DNA from: Acidobacteriota bacterium
GTDB taxonomy: Bacteria > Actinomycetota > Acidimicrobiia > Spongiisociales > ZC4RG35
NCBI GenBank assembly: GCA_004356805.1
Contig: SMXW01000045.1
Span: forward strand, 20,216-84,215
DNA length: 64,000 nt
Direction: 5' to 3'
Shown here: positions 20,487 through 29,845 of the stretch, in pieces
Layout: each line of letters begins with the position of its first letter
How positions within the stretch are numbered: the first letter of the stretch is position 1
The notes under the pieces: model-generated
Database searches by the model: none
What the model was told of the DNA's origin: nothing
Seen by the model: only the letters and a program-made list of their open reading frames with translations
Position numbers and translations under genes: made by a program

Positions 20487-21725
20487 TCAGGGCGTCGGGA
20501 TGGTCCTGACGATGGCGGCGAGGGAGTCGTAAGCCCTTTCGCCTATCGCCTTCTCATCTTCGTCCAGGAGATTGGCCATGATTTTCAATGTCCACTCCAT
20601 GAGTGGACGGTTCTGGAGACCGGCATGCGCCAGGGTCCGCATGACGGACGGGTGTCCGATGAGCTTCACGAAGATGCGGGCCATCTTGTAATAGAGCCCG
20701 TACTCGTCGTCGAGCCGTTGCGGATACCGCTGGAGGGCCCACTTCTCGTCGTTGCCGGCGGCCTGCCCGACGTACTCGGCGGCTATACGACCCGTCTCGT
20801 AGGCGTAGGAAATGCCCTCACCATTCCAGGGGTTGATGGCGCCGGCCGCGTCACCGATCGTGATCCAGTTCGACCCGACAAGCGGGCCCTTGGAGAAAGA
20901 CATCGTCAGCTTGCCACCGACCGGCTTGGTCAGCCGTGACTCCTCAGTCAACCCCCAATACTCGGGCGCCGTGGCCACGTAGTCATTCATCATGTGGGTC
21001 GTGTTGACGTGCTTCCACCGCTTGAAGGTGGATAGAAGCCCCACGCCGACGTTTACCGTTCCGTCTCCAAGGGGAAACACCCATCCATAGCCAGGCATCG
21101 TTGCACCGGTCGAGTCCCGAAGATCCAACTGAGACTCCAGGAAGGGATCGTCCGACTTGGGCGACGAGTAGTAACCGCGGGCAGCCAGGCCCATCGGATA
21201 ATCCTTCCGTCTGGCCGTGCCCAGCTCGCGGCCAAAGCGATTCATCGACCCGTCGGCGATAATCGTCACGTCTGGCGTCAAAGTCTCTTCGTCGCCACTG
21301 TTTGCCAGGGCGACAGAAGTCAAAGTGCCCTCCTCGATGACAGGGGTGGCCGTCGTATTCTCCCGGATCAGCACGCCCTCTTTCTCGGCAAGACGAGCCA
21401 CCTGAAGGTCGAGATCCCGCCGACGCATCATCCCGCCCCAGTTGGGGAACCTGCTGTGATCGGGCCACGGCATCTCCATCATGAGGTCGTCACCGGCGTA
21501 CGAGCGGAGTCCGGCGATCTTGTGAAAGTCAGACAGGTCGAAGTCGAACCCCATCTCCTGAAGCTGCAGAATCGCACGAGGGGTCAACGCGTCACCACAG
21601 GTCTTGTCGCGGGGGTATTCCTTCTTCTCGACCAGCATGACCTCGTGGCCCGCGCGAGCCAGCCAGAAGGCAGCCGAGGAACCGGCAGGACCGCCACCGA
21701 CTATGAGAACGGAAGGGGAAGGCAT
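20487..21725 (-). CDS. Geranylgeranyl reductase family flavoprotein (MenJ-like menaquinone side-chain reductase)
   Basis: VGGGPAGS, PRDKTCGD, GYGWVFP, GDAAG.INP.NGEGISYA; next to nuo, as is common in Actinomycetota. Confidence 0.85.
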   Translation of the reverse strand: MPSPSVLIVGGGPAGSSAAFWLARAGHEVMLVEKKEYPRDKTCGDALTPRAILQLQEMGFDFDLSDFHKIAGLRSYAGDDLMMEMPWPDHSRFPNWGGMMRRRDLDLQVARLAEKEGVLIRENTTATPVIEEGTLTSVALANSGDEETLTPDVTIIADGSMNRFGRELGTARRKDYPMGLAARGYYSSPKSDDPFLESQLDLRDSTGATMPGYGWVFPLGDGTVNVGVGLLSTFKRWKHVNTTHMMNDYVATAPEYWGLTEESRLTKPVGGKLTMSFSKGPLVGSNWITIGDAAGAINPWNGEGISYAYETGRIAAEYVGQAAGNDEKWALQRYPQRLDDEYGLYYKMARIFVKLIGHPSVMRTLAHAGLQNRPLMEWTLKIMANLLDEDEKAIGERAYDSLAAIVRTIPTP

Positions 21726-21769
21726 TGACGACCAGAGCGTAGAAGCAAGCCAGATGTATCGTCGCTCCG

Positions 21770-22378
21770 ATGAGCGGGATCTCCCACGCCACAGTCTCCA
21801 GACTTCCTCGCTACCTTCGGCTCCTCGAGGAACTGGAGGGCGCTCACGAGACGGTGAGCTCTGATGACCTGGCAGTTGCTGCGGGGGTCAATGCCGCCAA
21901 CGTTCGGCGTGACCTTTCCGATCTCGAATTTCAGGGCACGAGAGGAGTGGGGTATTCGGTTCCCTCTTTGGGTGATCGAATAAGGAGGGAACTCGGAATC
22001 GAGAGCCGGCGACTGGTTGCCATCATCGGGGCCGGCAACCTGGGCACGGCGCTGGCACGCTACGACGGACTAGCCAAACGGGGATTCGACGTGACCGCCA
22101 TCTATGACACCGATCCCAACAGAGTCGGACAGAGCATCGGAGATGTGCAGATCCAGCGAATGGAAGACATGCCAATGGACTGCAAGGTCGGGTGTTTCGA
22201 CATGGCGATCCTGGCCGTCCCCGCCAACGCGGCCCAGAGCGTGACCGATCTCTTGGTCAAGGAAGGTGTTCACTCGATCCTCAATTTCGCACCTGTCCGA
22301 GTGAGTGTTCCCGAAGGCGTGGCAGTGCGTCAGGTCGACCTGTCGACCGAATTGCAGATTCTCAGCTACTACGGCTGA
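21770..22378 (+). CDS. rex: Redox-sensing transcriptional repressor Rex
   Basis: ATVSRLPRYLR, VRRDLS, GTRGVGY wing, IIGAGNLG Rossmann motif, ILNFAP. Confidence 0.95.
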   Translation: MSGISHATVSRLPRYLRLLEELEGAHETVSSDDLAVAAGVNAANVRRDLSDLEFQGTRGVGYSVPSLGDRIRRELGIESRRLVAIIGAGNLGTALARYDGLAKRGFDVTAIYDTDPNRVGQSIGDVQIQRMEDMPMDCKVGCFDMAILAVPANAAQSVTDLLVKEGVHSILNFAPVRVSVPEGVAVRQVDLSTELQILSYYG

Positions 22379-22416
22379 AGTGAAGCCTTGGCTTGGCAAC
22401 ACACATCAAGTACCGG

Positions 22417-22779
22417 TTATGAGTCGCCCTGCCGGGCTTCCTCGTATTGGTGGAGAGCAACAAGAAACACGAAGAAGATGACCAGAGCGACGGCCAAGAA
22501 GGTGATCGGGATCACTCGGATCTCAATGGCGTTGAGCCCTTCGATGTTGTCCGGCTTTGGCCCTCTCGGGGCGTAGATGACAAACAGCAGGGATGTGAGG
22601 CTCAGCCACCCGAACATGGCAGCCCCGGAGACCAGAAATCCGAGCTTCTTGCCCAGGTTGGTGTAGTTGAACAGATACATCGCGCCGTAAAAGAGGACAA
22701 CGGCGCCGATCGTCAGCAGGACTCCCGTAACGAAGAGGTTGGCCGAGAACAGCGATCTGAAGAGCTCACGGAAGAACAT
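22417..22779 (-). CDS. Small 3-TM protein, last gene of the bc operon
   Basis: Hydrophobic 120-aa ORF starting 3 nt after the cytochrome c stop. Confidence 0.75.
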   Translation of the reverse strand: MFFRELFRSLFSANLFVTGVLLTIGAVVLFYGAMYLFNYTNLGKKLGFLVSGAAMFGWLSLTSLLFVIYAPRGPKPDNIEGLNAIEIRVIPITFLAVALVIFFVFLVALHQYEEARQGDS

Positions 22780-22782
22780 CTC

Positions 22783-24477
22783 CTACTCCTTCCCGTCCAT
22801 GTTCCCGCTACGCAGATACATCGCCAGCAGACTGAGATCCTCGGCCGAGAGAGTGGCGCCAAAAGCGGGCATCCGTCCCGACCCAAAGCCGTTCAGCCCA
22901 TAGGGCTTCTGCGACTCCGACCCTTTTATGAGGAGCTCGATCAAAAGGTCTGGCTCACTTGGGTCTTCGGGAGCCTCCCCGAACTGCACCAACTCGCGAC
23001 CGTCCCACAGCGCCGGCCCGAAACCGCCAGAACCGGCCTCCAGCGTGTAGGGAATGCCCGCACTGAAGCCTGCCGTATGACAGCGTGCGCAGTTGGCGTT
23101 GAACAGGGCGACCGCCCTGGCTGCCTCATCCACACCCGTCTCCATCGATGCGGCCACTCCCGGAATTTCGATCTCCCATTGCCCAGCGCCTTGTGCCGAG
23201 AGCAGAAACTCGAGGCCATCCTCTTCTTGGGTCCTCAGTTTGTCCTGGTTCTCGGCGGTCACCGTCGTCGTGGTGGCCACCGACTCTTGGGCGCCCACCA
23301 TCGAGCTGGCCGTCCTCTGGTCCGGCAGGCCACCGACCGATTCGGGGTTGGTTGGATTGAGTTCGATCTCCACGATTCCGGCGGGGATCGTCTTGCTACT
23401 GGCCTCCGCCATCTGACCGGTGATCGCTGCCTCTGCTTCGTCGGAGATGCCGTCGCCGTCGGTGTCGTCACCCTCACCGGCAGTCTCGAGGATGTCCTCA
23501 ATCGCAACCAGGTGAACCGCCAGAATCGGATCGCTCGGGATGGCGGCCTCCAATTGAGCCACGGCATCCTCGGCCTTCTCCGCGTCCGGGGTCGCCGGGT
23601 CGAGCGTTATCGCATCGACCACCCGGAAGTAGTCCACTGCCTGCGAAGAGATGGCCGAAAGCTCGACCTCGGCTACATCGGACAGCCCATCATCGTCTGT
23701 ATCTATCCCCACGTCGGCATTGTCGAGAACCTCACGAGCCTGGTCGGAGAGTTGGGTGATGAATGTCGAGTCCGCCGGTGCCTGTTCTATCTCGGCGAGA
23801 ACCTGGCGCTGAGAAAGGATTGCTGCGTCCACGATCTGGTCGGCATTCTCGAGACGGGCGACCTGGGTGGTCATGGCTCCTGGTGTTTTGTCGACCGCTT
23901 CCTGTTGTTTGATCTGGATCGTGCCCAGGTAGTTGACGACGTCACTGACCTGCTGCTCGTTCATCGGCCCGCCCCCGGGCAGGCCCCAGGCAGGCATGGG
24001 CGTGTTCCCACGGCCAAAGGTGATCCAGAAATTGAGCTCGGCGTCGTCATACCGGTACAGCACGTCGTTGAGGGAGGGCACCGCCCATGAGACGGTGACA
24101 CCGGAGCGCTTCTCGACATAGAAGGCAGACCCACCGACACCGAGTGGACCGTGACAGCTGAAGCAAGCGAACTCTTCGACCAGATGCTCACCACGCAACT
24201 CGGATTCGGTAGCGAAGTCCTCGACGAAGCCCTCTTGGCGGTTGGTCTCACCAAGAAAGTAGAGGGGGAGGGAAATAGCAAGGAAGGCAGAACCAACAAT
24301 GGCCGCCTTCTGGCTCTTCTCGAGTCGTCTGGTCTCCAGATGCTGGTCGTCGATTCCGGGCTGAAGGTTGTGAGCGATTTCTTCGCCGCCGCGATTGCGT
24401 AGAGCCGAGACCACCATCAGCCCTAGCCAGGCGACACCGGCGACGATCGCAAGGACGGTGATGACGTCGGCGGTCAC
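22783..24477 (-). CDS. Membrane-anchored diheme cytochrome c (QcrC-like) with a long acidic insertion
   Basis: Two N-terminal TM helices; CFSCH...MPAW and CARCH...MPAF heme domains. Confidence 0.88.
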   Translation of the reverse strand: MTADVITVLAIVAGVAWLGLMVVSALRNRGGEEIAHNLQPGIDDQHLETRRLEKSQKAAIVGSAFLAISLPLYFLGETNRQEGFVEDFATESELRGEHLVEEFACFSCHGPLGVGGSAFYVEKRSGVTVSWAVPSLNDVLYRYDDAELNFWITFGRGNTPMPAWGLPGGGPMNEQQVSDVVNYLGTIQIKQQEAVDKTPGAMTTQVARLENADQIVDAAILSQRQVLAEIEQAPADSTFITQLSDQAREVLDNADVGIDTDDDGLSDVAEVELSAISSQAVDYFRVVDAITLDPATPDAEKAEDAVAQLEAAIPSDPILAVHLVAIEDILETAGEGDDTDGDGISDEAEAAITGQMAEASSKTIPAGIVEIELNPTNPESVGGLPDQRTASSMVGAQESVATTTTVTAENQDKLRTQEEDGLEFLLSAQGAGQWEIEIPGVAASMETGVDEAARAVALFNANCARCHTAGFSAGIPYTLEAGSGGFGPALWDGRELVQFGEAPEDPSEPDLLIELLIKGSESQKPYGLNGFGSGRMPAFGATLSAEDLSLLAMYLRSGNMDGKE

Positions 24478-25392
24478 CTAGGCCTCTTCGTCGCCGCTGG
24501 TGGCGCCGATGCAGCTCGGACCTTGGGGGTAGTTGACGGAGAGTGCAGGGGCACGCGAGGTCTGGATGACACTGCCCGTCTTGATGATGAATCGGCCGTC
24601 TCGGACTTCTACGACAAATCGGTCGAGATTTCGCGGCGCCGGACCGGCGAAGTACTCGCCGACCGAGTTGTACTTCGATCCGTGGCAGGGGCATTCAAAG
24701 CCTTGCGAAGGCGCGCACCAGGGAACCCGACATCCAAGGTGGACGCAACGCTGAAACAGCGCCATGAGCCCGTCGGTCTCGACCTGCTTTCCTGCGTACT
24801 GATCGGAGAGAGAGGTTGGTGCCGGCACCACGTAAGCCTTGGCCTCCGGTATGAAAAGGGGGAGAATCGAACCGGTCGGTGTGAAAACCGCACTCTTCAC
24901 CTCGGCCAGGGAGCCTGCATCGATATCGGACCCGAAGCCGCCGCTCAGTCTTGGCCAGAAGAACGCAAGGGAGTTGATTCCCATTATTCCCAGGAATGAG
25001 AAGAAGGTTACGTTCAGCGCCCGGTTGAAGAACTGACGACGGGTGACACCCGCCTCCTCTGGCGAAACCTCCACAACCCTTTGTGTCTCGACAACCTGGA
25101 TCGCCACCGGGGACGGCTCCGGCTCCGCGACCCCTACCTCGACCTCGACCTCGACCTCATCACCGGTCTCTTCACCGGTCTCTTCTATCACCGGAACGGG
25201 TATCGGTTCGACCCGCACCCCGACCATCGACTTGTCGGCCTTGAGGGTCTCCGATGACACGCCTGCGGTTGGATCGACCACGTCGGCCGACTCGTCCGAC
25301 TGCGAACGTCGGAAAGCGATGGTGAATGCTCCGACTGCGCCCAGAATGGCGAAAAGAGCCACACCAACCAGAACCAGGTTGCCAAAGCTCAC
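24478..25392 (-). CDS. Rieske [2Fe-2S] subunit of a menaquinol:cytochrome c reductase
   Basis: CVHLGC and CPCHGS boxes, GPAP..L, internal Tat motif TRRQFF. Confidence 0.92.
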   Translation of the reverse strand: MSFGNLVLVGVALFAILGAVGAFTIAFRRSQSDESADVVDPTAGVSSETLKADKSMVGVRVEPIPVPVIEETGEETGDEVEVEVEVGVAEPEPSPVAIQVVETQRVVEVSPEEAGVTRRQFFNRALNVTFFSFLGIMGINSLAFFWPRLSGGFGSDIDAGSLAEVKSAVFTPTGSILPLFIPEAKAYVVPAPTSLSDQYAGKQVETDGLMALFQRCVHLGCRVPWCAPSQGFECPCHGSKYNSVGEYFAGPAPRNLDRFVVEVRDGRFIIKTGSVIQTSRAPALSVNYPQGPSCIGATSGDEEA

Positions 25393-26354
25393 TCGAAGTC
25401 CACCCAGTCCTTGAGGTCATCGAAGAAGATCCCGTCCTTCCACGGGTAAGAGAAGTTGAAACCCCTTCCCCTGAACAGGACCCCGAGGATGGTGAGGGTC
25501 GCTGCACCCGAGATGAAAATCGAATAGAGAAGGATGGCGAACTTGCGGTCGCTGGGCCGTGTCGACGGGTTGCGGTCGACAAAGGGCACCATCATGAACC
25601 CGATGATTCCGACAATGGTGGGCACGGTCACTCCAGCGATCTGCGGGTCGAAATAGCTGAGAAGCTCCTGAAGCCCGAGGAAGTACCAGGGGGCCTTTGA
25701 CGGGTTTGGTGTTGCGTTGAAGTTGGCCGGATCGAGCAGAGGCGAGTGGATTACCACCGCCATTATCACCAGAAGCGCCGTAATGGCCAGGAGGGCACCG
25801 AATTCGACGAGCATCAGGTGCGGCCACGTGTTGACCTTGTCTTGGGGCTCCGGCTTCACGTCCTGAATCGCTCGGGCCTTGACGACAGTGAGAAGACGCT
25901 GAGTCCGGACACCGTCGGGGAGACCGGTGGGCGGGACCGACGGGCGGGGACTCACCAGGCCGGCAACCTTGGCGTTATCCGTGCCGTGGTCTTCGGCGGT
26001 TGGGGAATCCTCAGGTTTGTCTTCAACAGCTACTGGACCCCGTTCTTCAACCTCCGCCGCCGCAGATGGAAAGGCCTCGTCGTCCGACGACGGGGATGCA
26101 GCCACAACCTCTTCCACAACCTCCTCTGTCGACGGCGGTGCCTCTTCCACCGGATCGTCAACCTGCTCCGCGGGGGGCTCCGACCTGCTTTGCTCGTCCG
26201 GGAAGGGTGCTTCTTCGACGATCTCTGCCTGAGGAACCTCTACCGCCGGGCCCTCGCCCTTCATCTCAGCCAACACCTGTTCCACCGGCACCCCAAGTGC
26301 CTTGGCCTTCGCCTCCGCAGATCTCCTCAGGAGACTCTCTGGGATATCAACCAC
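25389..26354 (-). CDS. Cytochrome b6-type subunit IV (PetD-like) with an N-terminal helical motif and acidic linker
   Basis: WP..L..E, P...[17 protein letters not shown] (PEWY-equivalent), PFVDR..RP; 3 TM helices. Confidence 0.85.
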   Translation of the reverse strand: MVDIPESLLRRSAEAKAKALGVPVEQVLAEMKGEGPAVEVPQAEIVEEAPFPDEQSRSEPPAEQVDDPVEEAPPSTEEVVEEVVAASPSSDDEAFPSAAAEVEERGPVAVEDKPEDSPTAEDHGTDNAKVAGLVSPRPSVPPTGLPDGVRTQRLLTVVKARAIQDVKPEPQDKVNTWPHLMLVEFGALLAITALLVIMAVVIHSPLLDPANFNATPNPSKAPWYFLGLQELLSYFDPQIAGVTVPTIVGIIGFMMVPFVDRNPSTRPSDRKFAILLYSIFISGAATLTILGVLFRGRGFNFSYPWKDGIFFDDLKDWVDFE

Positions 26355-26363
26355 AAGAACTCC

Positions 26364-27140
26364 TCATAGGGGACCCGAAATGCCGCCGTCCTTGCGGACT
26401 CGCCAGAAGTGGATGGACATGAAAATGACGATGATGAACGGAAAGAAAAGAACGTGGAGGACGTAGAAGCGAAGCAGACCCGCCGCGCTCACCTCCACGT
26501 CGGCGAGGAGAACGAACTTGACCTGATCACCAACGACCGGAACGAATCCGGCCATGTTGGTTCCGACGGTGACCGCCCAAAGTGCCAGCTGATCCCACGG
26601 CAGGAGATAGCCCGAGAAGGAGAGCAACAGTGTCAGAAACAGGAGGACCACTCCGATCACCCAGTTGAACTCGCGTGGCGGCTTGTAGGCGCCGTGATAG
26701 AAGACACGACTCATGTGAAGAAACACCGAAAGGACCATGAGGTGCGCTCCCCATCGGTGCATGTTTCGCACCAGCGACCCGAACGCAATGTCAGTGGATA
26801 GCTCCTGGATGTTGACATACGCCAGCTCGGCGGTGGGCGTGTAATAGAACATCAGAAAGATGCCGGTGATTGTCAGGTGGATGAAAAGGAAGAAGCTGAG
26901 CCCACCGAGACAGAGCGTGTAGGACAGCTTGACCGCGTGCCTCTTCACCTTCACCGGGTGGAGGTGATAGAGAACGTTGTTCATCACGACATAGGAGCGG
27001 TTTCTCGGACTATCCGAGTAGCCCTGTTTGAAGGGCGAACCGGGACGAAGAATCGCACCGACCACCTGTGAGCTCCACAGCTTGTCGTTTGTCTCTTTGA
27101 TCCGGTCCCTGAGTCCGGTTTTGCCGTTGCGGTTAGCCAA
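26364..27140 (-). CDS. Split cytochrome b, N-terminal b6-like subunit (PetB-like)
   Basis: CLGG, RNMHRW...LHM, YKPPREFNW, GYLLPWDQ, H-x14-H in helix D, terminal ISGPL. Confidence 0.92.
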   Translation of the reverse strand: MANRNGKTGLRDRIKETNDKLWSSQVVGAILRPGSPFKQGYSDSPRNRSYVVMNNVLYHLHPVKVKRHAVKLSYTLCLGGLSFFLFIHLTITGIFLMFYYTPTAELAYVNIQELSTDIAFGSLVRNMHRWGAHLMVLSVFLHMSRVFYHGAYKPPREFNWVIGVVLLFLTLLLSFSGYLLPWDQLALWAVTVGTNMAGFVPVVGDQVKFVLLADVEVSAAGLLRFYVLHVLFFPFIIVIFMSIHFWRVRKDGGISGPL

Positions 27141-27157
27141 TTAGTGCGCTCCCCTCG

Positions 27158-27607
27158 CTACCAACGCATACCGTACGAGTATCCGTTCTTGAAATCACGC
27201 TGACCGGTGTCGAAGTCCCACGGGCGGCGGTCGAGGCCCAACTCGGTCGCCTGGTCTGCAAGCGAGCCTTCGAACTTGCCCAAAGAGATGACGTTGGTCG
27301 GACACCGGTCGATGCACAACGCGCATCGGGTGCACTCATCCTCATCGACGATGAAAAAGCCGAAGTTCTGGTCATCCTCGGCCGGATGGTCGACGTTGAC
27401 TCCTTCGGTGATTGCATCCAGAGACAGGTAGTGAATGCACTTCCAGGGACAGATATCGACGCAGCCTTCGCAAAGGATGCATTCCACCTGGTCGATGTGG
27501 AGGAACTGCTTGGAACGCAGCTTGTCCTTGAAATAGTCACCTTCGACCAGAGCAAGCTGATAGTCATCCCTGATCGGCGGGATCTCGTCGATGACTCCAC
27601 GGGGCAT
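27158..27607 (-). CDS. 2[4Fe-4S] dicluster ferredoxin
   Basis: CILCEGCVDICP and CTRCALCIDRCP; ATG overlaps the upstream stop. Confidence 0.9.
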   Translation of the reverse strand: MPRGVIDEIPPIRDDYQLALVEGDYFKDKLRSKQFLHIDQVECILCEGCVDICPWKCIHYLSLDAITEGVNVDHPAEDDQNFGFFIVDEDECTRCALCIDRCPTNVISLGKFEGSLADQATELGLDRRPWDFDTGQRDFKNGYSYGMRW

Positions 27608-28239
27608 CAGGCGTCTCCCTTGACCAAAGGACGCCCATATGGCGACTTCCGCTCGGACGGTTGGGCACCTGGTGGACGACCTTCCTTGATCTTCTGAATC
27701 TGAATCCCCAGAACCGCCCCGAACCCAAGCAGCACGATGTGATAACCCATCGAGATCGAGTCCTTGAGGACCGCGTAACTGATCTCGATGGTGTTGCCGA
27801 GGACGAGGGCCGGTGGGATGACGAGCGCCACTCTTTGCGACGACCAATCGAGTTCGGTCTGGGCGAAGGTGAGCCACTCTGAGGGGGCTATCCCAAAGAA
27901 GAAGAGGAGAGCGAGCCAGGTGATCATTGCCGCGACCGTGGCGCGAGCCCAGGTCATCCTCTGATTCAGAACCCAAAGAAAAGTAGCTCCGACGAGAGCG
28001 AATGTAGTGGCACCCAGAATGATCAGATAGCCGATTCCCAGCCAGACGGTGCCTCGCGGAAACCAGTTGAGGTAATCGACGGTCACCACAACATCAACGC
28101 CATCGATGAGCTCCGTCTCCGGAAAGCTCGACCAGTGGATCCAGACGACCCCGACCACCAGTCCAAGGACACCGAGAAGAAGCAATCCAGATCCGATTGC
28201 TTGGCGGCGTCTGTCGCTTAATTCTCCGAGGCGATACAT
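27607..28239 (-). CDS. 4-TM membrane protein, first gene of the bc operon
   Basis: Hydrophobic 210-aa ORF with a C-terminal KSPYGRPLVK; coupled to the ferredoxin. Confidence 0.75.
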   Translation of the reverse strand: MYRLGELSDRRRQAIGSGLLLLGVLGLVVGVVWIHWSSFPETELIDGVDVVVTVDYLNWFPRGTVWLGIGYLIILGATTFALVGATFLWVLNQRMTWARATVAAMITWLALLFFFGIAPSEWLTFAQTELDWSSQRVALVIPPALVLGNTIEISYAVLKDSISMGYHIVLLGFGAVLGIQIQKIKEGRPPGAQPSERKSPYGRPLVKGDA

Positions 28240-28408
28240 GGTCAGGTGCAGTCCGGACGTGTGTAGCTGGTTGTTGGGGCGTTTCTACCACAAGCAGGGC
28301 CCTCTTAGATAACCCAACCTGTGGCACTAACTGGGGTCAATGTAGCGGCGTCGTGATTTGTGGAAGTAGTTATGCTCCCGCCCGTCTCATTTCCGACGAG
28401 GAAGACGC

Positions 28409-29845
28409 TTGGCTGATACCCCAAACTCGGACAATCGAACACTTCACGTTGTGGGAGAAGACGACAGTCGCGTCGCCGCAAATCATCTCGTAACCGGTGC
28501 CTTCTTTCTCGTGCTCGGTGGGGGTCTCCAGTTGCTCTCCCTGATGTCACTCCGTTTCGCCGACATTTTTCCCATTACTTACGGGCGTCTCGAGCCCATG
28601 GCCAACCTCACCCTGATGATCGGGTTCGTCTCCATTTCGCTGATCGGAGGCATCTACTACGTCCTTCCTCGGCTCACCGGGGCAAGGTTGAGTGTCAGCA
28701 GCCTCGCCAGGTTTGAATTGTTCGGAATCGCCGGTCTGGTGCTGGTTGGTTTGCTGGCGATCGGATTCGGGTTCGGCACAGGTGGTCAGCCGTTCGGTCT
28801 TCCGTGGTGGATCAATCTGCCGATGACCCTTCTGCTCGCCGTTCCGGCGCTGGTCACCATTGGAACCATCTCGGACCGCAGCGAGAACCGAAGCTACGTG
28901 ACTCTTTGGTTTGTCCTCGGTGGAGTAATTTGGCTGCCCCTCCTCTACCTGGCCTTCTCCTCGGGCGACCTCCCATATCTCTCATCAACTGCTGTCGCCT
29001 ACACCGACGTGTTCTTCTCCGCCGGCTTCGTCACGATGTTTCTCTTTACGGTCGGAACGGGGCTCTTCTATTACACGATGGTCAGGGAGCTCGATGTCTC
29101 CCTCGCTAGTCGCCAACTTGCCCTCGTCGGGTTTTGGTCGCTGGGATTCGCCGCGGTCTGGTGGGGAACTGCCCAACTCATGTTCGGGCCCGGACCTTCG
29201 TATCTTTCCGGTGTAGGGGCTGCCCTCGGTCTCGCGTTCCCAATCGGAGCACTGGCAAACGCAGCAAACGCATCGCTGACCCTCGAGGGCGCCTGGGACA
29301 AGGTCCGAGACAGGCCCGACCTGAGAGCCGGTGTCCTCGGTCTCTATCTCGGGGTTGGGGTGGCAGTGATGGCAGCACTTGCCGGTTTCCGGTCGATCGC
29401 ATCGGTAGCGGCGTTGACAGGCTTCTGGCAGGCCATCGAATATGCCGCCATCTCAGGGGTTGGCACTCTGCTCATCGCCAGCGTGAGCTTCTCAGCCGTC
29501 CCTCGTCTGTTTGGCAGGGAGCTTTACACGAGGAGAACGAAGACCTTCTTGACCCTGACACTCACCGGATCAGTCGGGGTTCTCGTCTTCATGGCCGCCT
29601 CCGGTCTTGTCTCGGGCTACTCATGGATCGGCGGCTCCAATTCTGGTGCCTATGTCGACGTCGGAGAAGGTTGGGGCGCCGGTTTGGGAGGGAGCGTCGA
29701 AACAATGATGTTGATCGCTGTCGGGTTCGCCATCGTCACCTTCTTCGGCCAGCTCGCCTACGCGGCCACCATCATCGGAACCGTCACGCAGGGAAAGGCC
29801 GCCACACAGGAGGTTCTTGTAGCAAAGGCCACTGTCGATGAGTGA
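28409..29845 (+). CDS. cbb3-type oxidase subunit I (CcoN)-like protein lacking all metal ligands
   Basis: CcoN-like landmarks ITYGRL.P, YYVLPRL, YVTLW, S.QL..VGFW, PRLFGRELY over about 12 TM; only two His, both in the first 26 aa. Confidence 0.75.
   Translation: MADTPNSDNRTLHVVGEDDSRVAANHLVTGAFFLVLGGGLQLLSLMSLRFADIFPITYGRLEPMANLTLMIGFVSISLIGGIYYVLPRLTGARLSVSSLARFELFGIAGLVLVGLLAIGFGFGTGGQPFGLPWWINLPMTLLLAVPALVTIGTISDRSENRSYVTLWFVLGGVIWLPLLYLAFSSGDLPYLSSTAVAYTDVFFSAGFVTMFLFTVGTGLFYYTMVRELDVSLASRQLALVGFWSLGFAAVWWGTAQLMFGPGPSYLSGVGAALGLAFPIGALANAANASLTLEGAWDKVRDRPDLRAGVLGLYLGVGVAVMAALAGFRSIASVAALTGFWQAIEYAAISGVGTLLIASVSFSAVPRLFGRELYTRRTKTFLTLTLTGSVGVLVFMAASGLVSGYSWIGGSNSGAYVDVGEGWGAGLGGSVETMMLIAVGFAIVTFFGQLAYAATIIGTVTQGKAATQEVLVAKATVDE

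Noticed and set aside
22447..24090. 547-aa plus-strand ORF
   Set aside because: Antisense shadow of the cytochrome c and 3-TM genes, common in high-GC DNA; no motifs.
25133..25160. CTCGAC repeats
   Set aside because: Encode EVEVEV in the Rieske linker.
28240..28408. Rex or FNR/CRP site in the bc / ccoN-like divergent promoter
   Set aside because: Only partial half-sites (TTGTGG, CCACAA); no properly spaced palindrome.
28409..29845. Functional cbb3 oxidase or NO reductase, or a simple pseudogene
   Set aside because: No metal-ligand His remains, so catalysis is implausible; the frame is intact and coupled, unlike the decayed remnants elsewhere in the window.
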